From positions 1 through 52,204 of the forward strand of contig JAWCQY010000001.1 in NCBI GenBank assembly GCA_038869535.1: a stretch of 52,204 nt of DNA, given 5' to 3'. The DNA comes from Candidatus Pacearchaeota archaeon. GTDB lineage: Archaea > Nanobdellota > Nanobdellia > Pacearchaeales > GW2011-AR1. A model generated the notes under the pieces. That model did not search any database. It was not told the origin of the DNA and worked only from the letters and a program-made list of their open reading frames with translations. This document shows positions 44,216 through 51,846 of the stretch, piece after piece; the stretch's first letter is position 1, and the number at the start of each line of letters is the position of its first letter. The position numbers and the translations under genes are program-made.

Positions 44216-46278
44216 ACTACACTGCCTGAAACATTTGACCGTGCTTCTGCTTTTATTTTTATTCTTTGTGCTTTTTCAAGATTATCAAGTTTTTTAGCTT
44301 TTATCTCTTCTGCCTTATCTTGTATATTTAATTGTGTGATTATATCTTGAAGTTTTCTCATAATTTCTGCACTCTGCAGCTGTGCTGGACCGGGTTGTTC
44401 CAATTTTCTCCATTTTTCCAATATTTTCTGCCCATTCGGAAATGCTCCAAGTTCTACTATATCTTCTAACAACATATCAGCTTTTTGCGGATTAACTGAT
44501 ATTACTGCATTAAATAAATCTATTAATTTCGAGTACTCAATTTCTTTCGCATTTGCTGAATATGGCGCATCTGATATTTCAATATCATATTCACCAATTG
44601 TTATGTCATTTTTTATTCTTTCTATTATTTTTCCTTCTTCAATTGCATATTCGGATTTATTAACTGCTATTTCTTTTATTTCATTTACTCCGGGTTCAGT
44701 AATTCTAATAATTCTTTGTGTTGTTATATAGTGCTGTATAAATTTAACTGCAAGTTCGCATACTGCTCTTGCTGAATTATTTACATTATTAAATATATAA
44801 CTGAAACTTCTGGTCTGCTGCTGTTCTTTTGCTATAAAATGTCTTCCGCTCGTCACATCACTTGAACGGCGTCCTCTGATTTCATCATCTGCATTGCTTA
44901 TTACTTTCATTATTTCTTGTGTTTCAACCGGATCCCTTATTAAATCAGGACTTATTGTTTGTCCCTCTTCTGGTTTTATTTGATTTATATACCCTGCTCT
45001 TACTCTCCTGAATGGTGCTATTCTTTCAGTACTCCAGTCTTCTTCATACCCTGCTATTGCATTTTCATCAACAATCCATCCTTTATTCGCATAACGTCCA
45101 AGTAACTCTAATTTTAATGATTGTGCTTTATTAAAATGTGCTTGTGGATCTTTTAAATCATCTATAATTGATTGTGCTTTTAATTGATCTGCATGATAAT
45201 CATAACAAAACTGCGGTATATAAACATAATATTTACTGTCAAAAGGATAAGGCTGTTCATTTACTTTAATTCGAAAAGCAGGTATAACCGTTGTTAAAAA
45301 TCTTCTATTATGAAGTTCTAATTTAGCTTCACCATTAATCTTATAATGCTCTTTTACTAAATTGATTTTTTCTGTATTGAATCTTATCCCATCATTTTCT
45401 CTCGTTAATTCAGTTATATCATACAATCTTTCATTTTCATCTCTGATTATCAATCTTCTTTCTGTTCTTTTTTCATGTAATTCAAGAACATCAAATTTAC
45501 CGCTTACAGGATCCCACCATTGCAAATAACTTTTATATAGATTATCATTAGTTGAACTAAAATTAACAGCTGTCTCATAAACTGCACTGAACAATGCTTT
45601 TAGTTTGTTGCTTATCCACTTGCTTCTTTTTTCATCCTGCTGAAAAAATATTTTAGCTTCATTAATGATTTCATCCTGCATTTCAATATCATTTAAGGCA
45701 TAACGGTTTAATATTTCTTCAAGTGTTAATGAATGTTTTCTAAATAAATAATTTGTATTGCTCCATAATTGGTCACAGTAATTCGGTTCAAATACAAATT
45801 CTCTCGGATCAACTGATTCAATTTTCAATTCACCTGAATTATCATTCTCATAACTCCAGCTTACCGAATATACTCCATACCTCGCTGTTATTGAATCAAG
45901 AAATACTTTTGTTCTGTAGTAATCAAACTTTGTATTATTAAGAAAATGCATCAGAATTTGATTAAATAATTCCGCCAGTTCATTATCACCATGTCCTTTC
46001 GGTTTTGCTATTACCTGTCTTCTATTTACAAGCTCAATTGCAATTATCACATTTAATATCGTTCTTATTAAATTATAACTGTTTGCAGGTCTTCTTTCTT
46101 CCTTCAATTTTTCTTTTACTTCTTTATCCCACTGTAATGCAGCAACTGTAAAATCATAATTCTTCGTCATTTCATTGTGCATTGGTTCAAATTGTGCATA
46201 TAAATTGTTATACAATCTCATCATATCATATATCGTATCATCATCTCTTAAATTGAATTTTCTCTTTGTATTAAACAT
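44212..46278 (-). CDS. portal protein
   Basis: 688 aa, directly downstream of terL, GGGAG RBS. EERRPANSYNLIRTILNVI resembles the portal N-terminal motif. Confidence 0.7.
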   Translation of the reverse strand: MFNTKRKFNLRDDDTIYDMMRLYNNLYAQFEPMHNEMTKNYDFTVAALQWDKEVKEKLKEERRPANSYNLIRTILNVIIAIELVNRRQVIAKPKGHGDNELAELFNQILMHFLNNTKFDYYRTKVFLDSITARYGVYSVSWSYENDNSGELKIESVDPREFVFEPNYCDQLWSNTNYLFRKHSLTLEEILNRYALNDIEMQDEIINEAKIFFQQDEKRSKWISNKLKALFSAVYETAVNFSSTNDNLYKSYLQWWDPVSGKFDVLELHEKRTERRLIIRDENERLYDITELTRENDGIRFNTEKINLVKEHYKINGEAKLELHNRRFLTTVIPAFRIKVNEQPYPFDSKYYVYIPQFCYDYHADQLKAQSIIDDLKDPQAHFNKAQSLKLELLGRYANKGWIVDENAIAGYEEDWSTERIAPFRRVRAGYINQIKPEEGQTISPDLIRDPVETQEIMKVISNADDEIRGRRSSDVTSGRHFIAKEQQQTRSFSYIFNNVNNSARAVCELAVKFIQHYITTQRIIRITEPGVNEIKEIAVNKSEYAIEEGKIIERIKNDITIGEYDIEISDAPYSANAKEIEYSKLIDLFNAVISVNPQKADMLLEDIVELGAFPNGQKILEKWRKLEQPGPAQLQSAEIMRKLQDIITQLNIQDKAEEIKAKKLDNLEKAQRIKIKAEARSNVSGSVV

Positions 46279-46280
46279 AT

Positions 46281-47765
46281 TTATACTCCCATAAAATCAT
46301 TAATTTGCTTTTTGTGCTTTTCTTTTAACTCTTTCAGCCATAATGGTTCATCTTCAATAGCTTTAATTTTCGGCTTTACTAATGTCATATAAAGATATTT
46401 GGCTGCATCATAGCAATGATCATTTTGCCCATCTGCTATGTCTTCTGGATCTTTTTCATCTGTCATTAACAATGGAAACGTATCAATAAAATGTTTGCAT
46501 CTTTCGTATACTTTTAATTTAGGCTGCTTAATAATTTCCCCATGTTCATTTACTTTGTAATCCAGAGCATTATACATTGCTTCATTGCATGCAACTCTAA
46601 AACTTCTATTGTTTAATCCTGCAGCACTTTTTGAAACTTTTATTAATTTAATTCCTGCTCTTAAATAATATGCTGCAGGAAATTCTTCTCTCGCAATATC
46701 AAATGCATCTGGATTCCACATATTAGTATCGCCTGCTATTGTAATATTCATTAAATCCCTCTCTTTCAAAAATTTTTTAAGATCATTTATCTTTGCCTCT
46801 CTTATTGCTCTCTCATGGTATAATTCATCAAACAAAATTACATTCCCATTGTAGTCTTTTGCACCAAGCATTACTGCTGTAATATTACCGTAATCTATGG
46901 CTCCCATTACAGACATATTTTTTATCTGCTGATAGCTTAAATAATCTTTTGGTTTAACTATATGAATATCTGGATTCCAGTTATCAAAAAATTGTCCTTC
47001 AAAAATGTCCCAATTTCCATAAAGATATTTCTGTTGCTCTTTATATGGTAACTGCCTTAACCTGTTTAATACTTCAGGATCTCGTTCAAGTAATATTTTA
47101 TTGTCAAATACAGTAGCTGTTATAAAACATATTCTGTCTGGATTGTAATCGGGATATTTTTCTTTGCTCGCATTTTTCTTAACAAAATAATTTCTTACTT
47201 CTGTATGTGCTTTGCCGCCTGGATTTGTTGCCGCAGCAAAGAATGGTATAAAATCATTTCTGCTTGCTTCTAATCTTAATCTTAAATTATAACTTAAATC
47301 GAATGGTATTGTAGTAAGCTCATCAATCATAATAAAATCGTAATTAGCAGATAAATATTGACTTAAATCATCTATTGTTGAACCATATCCAAATTCAAGT
47401 ATACTTCCATTAAAATAAGTAAATGTATGCCTCTGCTGATTATAAGTTCCTATCTCAATAGGAAGATCAAATTGGATAAATCTTAAATGTGTTCTTTCTA
47501 ATTCAGGAAATGATGATCTCAGTAATAATCCCTTTATACCCTGATATTGCAGACAATTCCTGTGTGCTTCCCATCTTAATGCCCACGATTTCCCTCCTTT
47601 TGCCGCCCCTCCATATAAGAACTCTCTATAACCATTCTCTGCTCTGTTTAATATTGCATCATGAAACTGCTTCTGTTTGTCCTGCGGCTTATAATATATT
47701 TTGCCGTTTATTTCTATTGAATTAAATGATAACATCAGCAGTATGCTAAGAATTATTTTTATCAT
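46281..47765 (-). CDS. terL: terminase large subunit
   Basis: 494 aa. Walker A YGGAAKGGKSW, Walker B DFIMIDELT. C-terminal nuclease-size domain. Confidence 0.85.
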   Translation of the reverse strand: MIKIILSILLMLSFNSIEINGKIYYKPQDKQKQFHDAILNRAENGYREFLYGGAAKGGKSWALRWEAHRNCLQYQGIKGLLLRSSFPELERTHLRFIQFDLPIEIGTYNQQRHTFTYFNGSILEFGYGSTIDDLSQYLSANYDFIMIDELTTIPFDLSYNLRLRLEASRNDFIPFFAAATNPGGKAHTEVRNYFVKKNASKEKYPDYNPDRICFITATVFDNKILLERDPEVLNRLRQLPYKEQQKYLYGNWDIFEGQFFDNWNPDIHIVKPKDYLSYQQIKNMSVMGAIDYGNITAVMLGAKDYNGNVILFDELYHERAIREAKINDLKKFLKERDLMNITIAGDTNMWNPDAFDIAREEFPAAYYLRAGIKLIKVSKSAAGLNNRSFRVACNEAMYNALDYKVNEHGEIIKQPKLKVYERCKHFIDTFPLLMTDEKDPEDIADGQNDHCYDAAKYLYMTLVKPKIKAIEDEPLWLKELKEKHKKQINDFMGV

Positions 47766-48048
47766 CTGAATCTGTTATATAATTAATATTTACTTTGATA
47801 TTCCCCGATATTTCTCCTGTATGTTCCCTCTTTTTTGGCTTTATAAATTCAGCAAAATATTTTGTAGCATATAATCTGTCCTTTTTGCTTTTCGACTGCA
47901 GAAATTCTAATATATTTTCCTCAACAAGCTTTTCAGCTTTTGCCCAGTCTCTTATCTTTTCTCTGATTATCGTTCTTCTTTTCTTCTTGCCTTTATTAAC
48001 AGCTGCCGCTTTGTTTCCCGGCTTAAAATATCCATCACTTTTTGGCAT
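47746..48048 (-). CDS. terS: putative terminase small subunit
   Basis: 100 aa, basic N-terminus. 20-nt overlap with terL. First gene after the 231-nt late-region gap. The call rests on position. Confidence 0.45.
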   Translation of the reverse strand: MPKSDGYFKPGNKAAAVNKGKKKRRTIIREKIRDWAKAEKLVEENILEFLQSKSKKDRLYATKYFAEFIKPKKREHTGEISGNIKVNINYITDSDDKNNS

Positions 48049-48097
48049 ATAATACCTTTTTTCTCACAATAGAAAATTTGCAAAATTAATTACTGAA

Positions 48098-48120
48098 TCA
48101 ACCTAATTTTCGTTAGTATT
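48098..48120 (-). promoter_or_regulatory. conserved 23-nt box TCAACCTAATTTTCGTTAGTATT (copy 2)
   Basis: 50-72 nt upstream of the terS ATG. TAATTTTG lies between the box and the RBS on the coding strand. Confidence 0.4.
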
Positions 48121-48181
48121 CCGATTACAAACCGTTTATAATACTAAATTCATCTTCTTAAAGGAAAAAATAAATTCTTCT

Positions 48182-48201
48182 GGAAGTCCATTCCTTTGGA
48201 A
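48182..48201 (+). repeat. palindromic element core, degenerate (17/20), intergenic
   Basis: GGAAGTCCATTCCTTTGGAA in the terminase upstream gap. Confidence 0.5.
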
Positions 48202-48279
48202 GAAAACAATCTAAAAACGAAAGGAAATTCCCGAACCTCGATGGAATTGAGACATTTATTTATCTTTTCAACTCAACAG

Positions 48280-48555
48280 TCATAAATCCACAGGCACTTT
48301 TTTCTTATTTCTTTGTGAATATAAAATATAGTCTAACGTTTTTTGACTGATATTATATTTTTCTTGAAGATACTTTTTTGCTTTTATTTTTTGATTCTTA
48401 TTTCTCATGCCTAATCTTCGATACTCCTCTTTTATTAAATAATTTCTTAATCCGATCTCATCAATTAATCCTAATTGATTGAGTTTAATAAAAATTTTTG
48501 ATTTAATTATTTTTTGGATATTCATTCCAAATCCTACCTTTAAATTTTCTTCCAT
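48280..48555 (-). CDS. small HTH-like protein, possible late-gene regulator
   Basis: 91 aa (alternative ATG at 48525 with an AAGGTAGGA RBS). NISQKTLDYILYSQR is HTH-like. Last gene before the terminase gap. Confidence 0.35.
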   Translation of the reverse strand: MEENLKVGFGMNIQKIIKSKIFIKLNQLGLIDEIGLRNYLIKEEYRRLGMRNKNQKIKAKKYLQEKYNISQKTLDYILYSQRNKKKVPVDL

Positions 48556-49234
48556 TTGCCTTTTTACTTCTTTTTACTTCATCTTCTCCCCATGTGCCCC
48601 ATTGCTTGAAAAAGAAAGCAACATTTTGTGATTTGCATTGATTAAAAATTTCTTCAACCCATTCTACTTTTATAGGCCGAGCATTTTTCCCTGATTCACC
48701 TCCAACAATCGCCCAATGAATACCACTAAAATTTATTTCACCAACAGAACTAATCAATGGTTCAAAGGAAATAAATCTGATTTTTGCATTTACTTTTCTT
48801 AATGAATCTATTCTTTTTTTGAAAGCAGCACTTTCTACGCTGACACCAAGCCAAACATTATTCGGAATATCTCTTCTTGAAAAATACTCCAGCATAACTT
48901 TATCACGCTTGGTAAGGATTTGATAAATATGCTGTGGTGTTTTTTTAATTACATCAAAAACCATATCCAAATATTCAAATGGCATTTGCTCGTGGAATAA
49001 ATCACTCATTGAATTAACGAAAAATTTTGTGTGCTTTTTAATTTTGAGTGGTTCTTCCAAACGGTGCGGCAGTATTTTAAAGGTAAAGCCATCTTTATAG
49101 TCTTCTATCCCCATAGCTTTTAATCGCTTTGCAAATGTTTCCGCATAACAAAACTTGCATCCGGCGGAAACTTTATCGCAGCCAATGCTTGGATTCCAGA
49201 CCTTTTCTGTCCATTCGATTTTAGAGGCTTTCAT
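48503..49234 (-). CDS. phage Gp37/Gp68 (DUF5131) family protein
   Basis: 243 aa. IEWTEKVWNPSIGCDKVSAGCKFCYA is the family's N-terminal Cys signature. Confidence 0.75.
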   Translation of the reverse strand: MKASKIEWTEKVWNPSIGCDKVSAGCKFCYAETFAKRLKAMGIEDYKDGFTFKILPHRLEEPLKIKKHTKFFVNSMSDLFHEQMPFEYLDMVFDVIKKTPQHIYQILTKRDKVMLEYFSRRDIPNNVWLGVSVESAAFKKRIDSLRKVNAKIRFISFEPLISSVGEINFSGIHWAIVGGESGKNARPIKVEWVEEIFNQCKSQNVAFFFKQWGTWGEDEVKRSKKANGRKFKGRIWNEYPKNN

Positions 49235-49254
49235 ACTTTTCTTTTTCCGAAGGA

Positions 49255-49307
49255 ATGTCCTAAAGGATTCCTACGGAGGTCCAAAGGACTCCTTCGGGAG
49301 ATTTCCA
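49255..49307 (+). repeat. palindromic element, mosaic copy, intergenic
   Basis: TTCCGAAGGAATGTCCTAAAGGATTCCTACGGAGGTCCAAAGGACTCCTTCGGGAGATTTCCA. Confidence 0.8.
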
Positions 49308-49321
49308 TTAATGCTATAAAA

Positions 49322-49870
49322 TCACAACCATTTTTTTAGTTTATGTTTAATAAAATCTTCCTTCCTTACATATCTTGGTTTACCATTATAATTAATTAAT
49401 TCATACTCATTTGCAATTGGATCGTATTTAGCTCCATAGTAATATGCATCTTTATGTTTTTCTAAAAGTTCACTTCTTGTATATATTCTGACTTTTTTAT
49501 CATAACTGATAAAATCTGCAATCGAAGGTAGTTTGTCATATCCTCTGTAATTATCAATAACATAATTTACTGCATCCCTTAATCGTTCATCATTGAATCC
49601 GTTTGCTTTAAATCTTTCTCTCAAAAGATTTATCATCTGCGGTTCCATTTTAGGAAATGCCACTAAAATTTTACTTGTCTCTTCTACCATAGCTCTTTCA
49701 GTCAATTCCCCTCCCTGATAAACTGAAATTTCATTATCGCTTGAGATCGGGATCTCTCGCAATGTCTTCTGCAATTCTTCTGAGCTTATCCTCATTAATA
49801 TGTTTTGCATAGATTCCATTATTTCCCTCTTTTGGTTTGATATTCCCATTTTTATCAATTGCATTTTCAA
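49322..49870 (-). CDS. hypothetical replication-module protein (start uncertain)
   Basis: The track start is a TTG overlapping the upstream gene by 137 nt. An ATG at 49819 has an AAGAGGGAAATAATG RBS. Confidence 0.45.
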   Translation of the reverse strand: MKMQLIKMGISNQKREIMESMQNILMRISSEELQKTLREIPISSDNEISVYQGGELTERAMVEETSKILVAFPKMEPQMINLLRERFKANGFNDERLRDAVNYVIDNYRGYDKLPSIADFISYDKKVRIYTRSELLEKHKDAYYYGAKYDPIANEYELINYNGKPRYVRKEDFIKHKLKKWL

Positions 49871-50624
49871 GTGTTTTAAAATTCCTGAAATTACGTAACC
49901 TTGCTTCTTTCATGATTTCCAGCGTTTTATCTCCACCAAACTGCATAATCAAATTTTCAATGAACTCCCGTTCAGGAATCGTTGGACTTCTCCCATAACT
50001 CCGTATTAATATTTCTGCTGCAGGATCCTTGTTTTTCTCATGAGAAAAATTTTGGGAATCCATTCCTTCGGAATTTGATGCGGGCGGGTTTATATATATC
50101 TCACTCTCATTTAATTTCCTTTCCTTTAATTTCTTTTCCTTTAATTTCTTTTCCCCGTTTCTGACAGCAGAAACTTTAATTAAATCGAATTTCTGTTGGC
50201 AATTATCCGTTTCTATTTGGGAATCCATTCCTTTGGAAGTAGTTTCTGCTTGCATTAACGGCTTTTTAGGCAGCTCAGCCTTCCTTCTTCTAAATGCATC
50301 TTTCACGTTATCCACTAAGTTCTGGCACCATATTATTTTATTTTTAGTCCATAATTCCTTGTCTATTGCATCTAATTCTGCCAGTGTATTTAAGATACTG
50401 CAGGCAATATCCTTTGTTACCCGAGTTTTTGCCAGCAGAAACTCCCAGTCTCCAACGTTATTGCAGTCATAATACATTCCTTCAGTGTTGCCGAGTATTT
50501 CAAGCAGTTTGAACCAAAAAGCATATCCATCATTTCCGTATCTGTTTTCCAATATGTATATTGTTTTTCCATGATGAATATTATGCGGGAAATAATTTAT
50601 TGTAGATTTTTGCGGTCTGCTCAT
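49734..50624 (-). CDS. DUF4373 / DnaD-like replication initiator-organiser
   Basis: 296 aa. INYFPHNIHHGKTIYILENRYGNDGYAFWFKLLEILG is typical of DUF4373. C-terminus is DnaD-like. The linker holds 3 x 15-bp repeats and two core repeat copies. Confidence 0.65.
   Translation of the reverse strand: MSRPQKSTINYFPHNIHHGKTIYILENRYGNDGYAFWFKLLEILGNTEGMYYDCNNVGDWEFLLAKTRVTKDIACSILNTLAELDAIDKELWTKNKIIWCQNLVDNVKDAFRRRKAELPKKPLMQAETTSKGMDSQIETDNCQQKFDLIKVSAVRNGEKKLKEKKLKERKLNESEIYINPPASNSEGMDSQNFSHEKNKDPAAEILIRSYGRSPTIPEREFIENLIMQFGGDKTLEIMKEARLRNFRNFKTLENAIDKNGNIKPKEGNNGIYAKHINEDKLRRIAEDIARDPDLKR
50054..50073 (+). repeat. palindromic element core, exact 20-mer
   Basis: Encodes SEGMDSQ in the initiator linker. 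Confidence 0.95.
50110..50154. repeat. 3 tandem 15-bp repeats TTTAATTTCYTTTCC (iteron-like)
   Basis: 50110-50124, 50125-50139 and 50140-50154. They encode KKLKEKKLKERKL in the initiator linker. Confidence 0.7.
50229..50248 (+). repeat. palindromic element core, 19/20
   Basis: GGGAATCCATTCCTTTGGAA. Encodes SKGMDSQ. Confidence 0.9.
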
Positions 50625-50631
50625 ACTTAAC

Positions 50632-51183
50632 TCAATTTATTATTGTTATTTTAATGTCAGGATGAAGCATTTTAAATATGCTTTCAAAAAGTCTGAACTT
50701 CAGCTTCCATAGTTCCATTCTTACTCCTTTTATTTCTACATACTCAAGTGAATTATCATTATGCACAATTACAAAATCGATATAATAATTACATATATGT
50801 ACAGCATTTTTATTTTCTTTTTTTAATTCGAGCATTGTCCTGTCAGTTAATTCAGGTTTGTTATCATTATCTAATACATTGATTTCTATCTTTACCTGCC
50901 TCCGCCAGTCTTTAATATCTCCTGCATTCTTTCGTAAATCAAGTTCTTTTGCATACTCTGCTTCCCAGCTGCTGTGATATATTATTCCGTTATATACCGC
51001 TTTTTTATGCTTGTTAAGCCTTGCCTTCGACTTTTCGTATAATCTTTTATATTCATCAGGATTAATCAAATCGGGCAGCTCTTCTGGATTTCTGTAAAAG
51101 TAGATTTTTTTAATTCCCGCTTTATTAAGGAAACTTTTCTTTTTCTTTTTTCTAAAACTGTATTTTTCTATTTCATTATGCAT
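50632..51183 (-). CDS. DUF1064-like PD-(D/E)XK endonuclease (resolvase-like)
   Basis: 183 aa. YHSSWEAEYAKEL...NYYIDFVIV...LEYVEIKG. Confidence 0.5.
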   Translation of the reverse strand: MHNEIEKYSFRKKKKKSFLNKAGIKKIYFYRNPEELPDLINPDEYKRLYEKSKARLNKHKKAVYNGIIYHSSWEAEYAKELDLRKNAGDIKDWRRQVKIEINVLDNDNKPELTDRTMLELKKENKNAVHICNYYIDFVIVHNDNSLEYVEIKGVRMELWKLKFRLFESIFKMLHPDIKITIIN

Positions 51184-51216
51184 ATACTGCCTTTAATTGA
51201 CTTATATTATTTAATA

Positions 51217-51280
51217 ATGCAGGGAGTGGAGACAGAGGATGTCTCAAGTGCGGCGAGGGCGGACCGCCAACCCCCTGCAT
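51217..51280. ncRNA. GC-rich three-helix structured element (candidate ncRNA/leader)
   Basis: 8-bp closing helix ATGCAGGG/CCCTGCAT. Hairpin GAGACA-GAGGA-TGTCTC. GC helix GGCG/CGCC. About 60% G+C in an intergenic gap. Confidence 0.35.
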
Positions 51281-51294
51281 AATTAACTTGCACA

Positions 51295-51747
51295 TCAATC
51301 AATAAATAATTCCATTTGCTCTCCCGTTACTAATTTTTGCAGTTTCATCTGCATTACTTTAACTTTATATGCATATATCATCGACTGCAGAAATTCGTAT
51401 TTGCCGCCTTTTGCTCTGTAAAATTTTATTCCTTTTACCATTCCTTTCTTGGTGTATGCTATATAAAATCCTTCATTGCAGCTGCATATTGGGAATCCAT
51501 TCCTTCGGAAAAAGTAAAAAGGTTTGTTTAACAAAGATTTTGCAAATTCTTCATCCTGCAGCTGCCTCATTAATTTTGTTAACCTCCTTTGAAAATTATG
51601 CTCACTATCATTTTGTCCCGAATATCTTAAATAGAAAAATTCAGTGCTCTTCAATGCTCTTTCATCATTGCTGTATATTATCAAATCATTTAATATGTTT
51701 TCTTTTGTTAGTTCTTTCATCATTAATCCCTGCAATTTCATATTCAT
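51295..51747 (-). CDS. hypothetical protein
   Basis: 150 aa. Core repeat 51491-51510 encodes RRNGFPI. Confidence 0.5.
   Translation of the reverse strand: MNMKLQGLMMKELTKENILNDLIIYSNDERALKSTEFFYLRYSGQNDSEHNFQRRLTKLMRQLQDEEFAKSLLNKPFYFFRRNGFPICSCNEGFYIAYTKKGMVKGIKFYRAKGGKYEFLQSMIYAYKVKVMQMKLQKLVTGEQMELFID
51491..51510 (+). repeat. palindromic element core, exact 20-mer
   Basis: Encodes RRNGFPI in ORF 51295-51747. Confidence 0.95.
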
Positions 51748-51846
51748 CTAATCTGCTCTTTATCAATTTTACAGCCTGGAAATAACTCCTCAATGCTTTC
51801 TTTGTCTGTAATATCTTTCCTGTTTTTTTATTTCTTATAATAAATA

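Noticed and set aside
51217-51280. A hammerhead or HDV-like ribozyme, or a tRNA-like element
   Set aside because: No CUGANGA/GAAA core is present. I could not thread the HDV-like nested pseudoknot (the P1 complement is missing). A three-way junction is not a cloverleaf. The class is left open.
366-51510. The recurring 20-mer as a CRISPR array
   Set aside because: Spacing is irregular (tens of nt to about 20 kb). Copies occur in both orientations and mostly inside ORFs. There are no uniform spacers, leader or cas genes.
366-51510. The 20-mer as a stoperator-type repressor site (as in mycobacteriophage L5)
   Set aside because: The orientation bias would fit. However, no copy lies in the cI/cro switch region, whose repeats (AGAGATATTTAGA) are unrelated. 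The 63-85-nt palindromic mosaics and the six-frame stop-free property fit a mobile element better. Not fully excluded.
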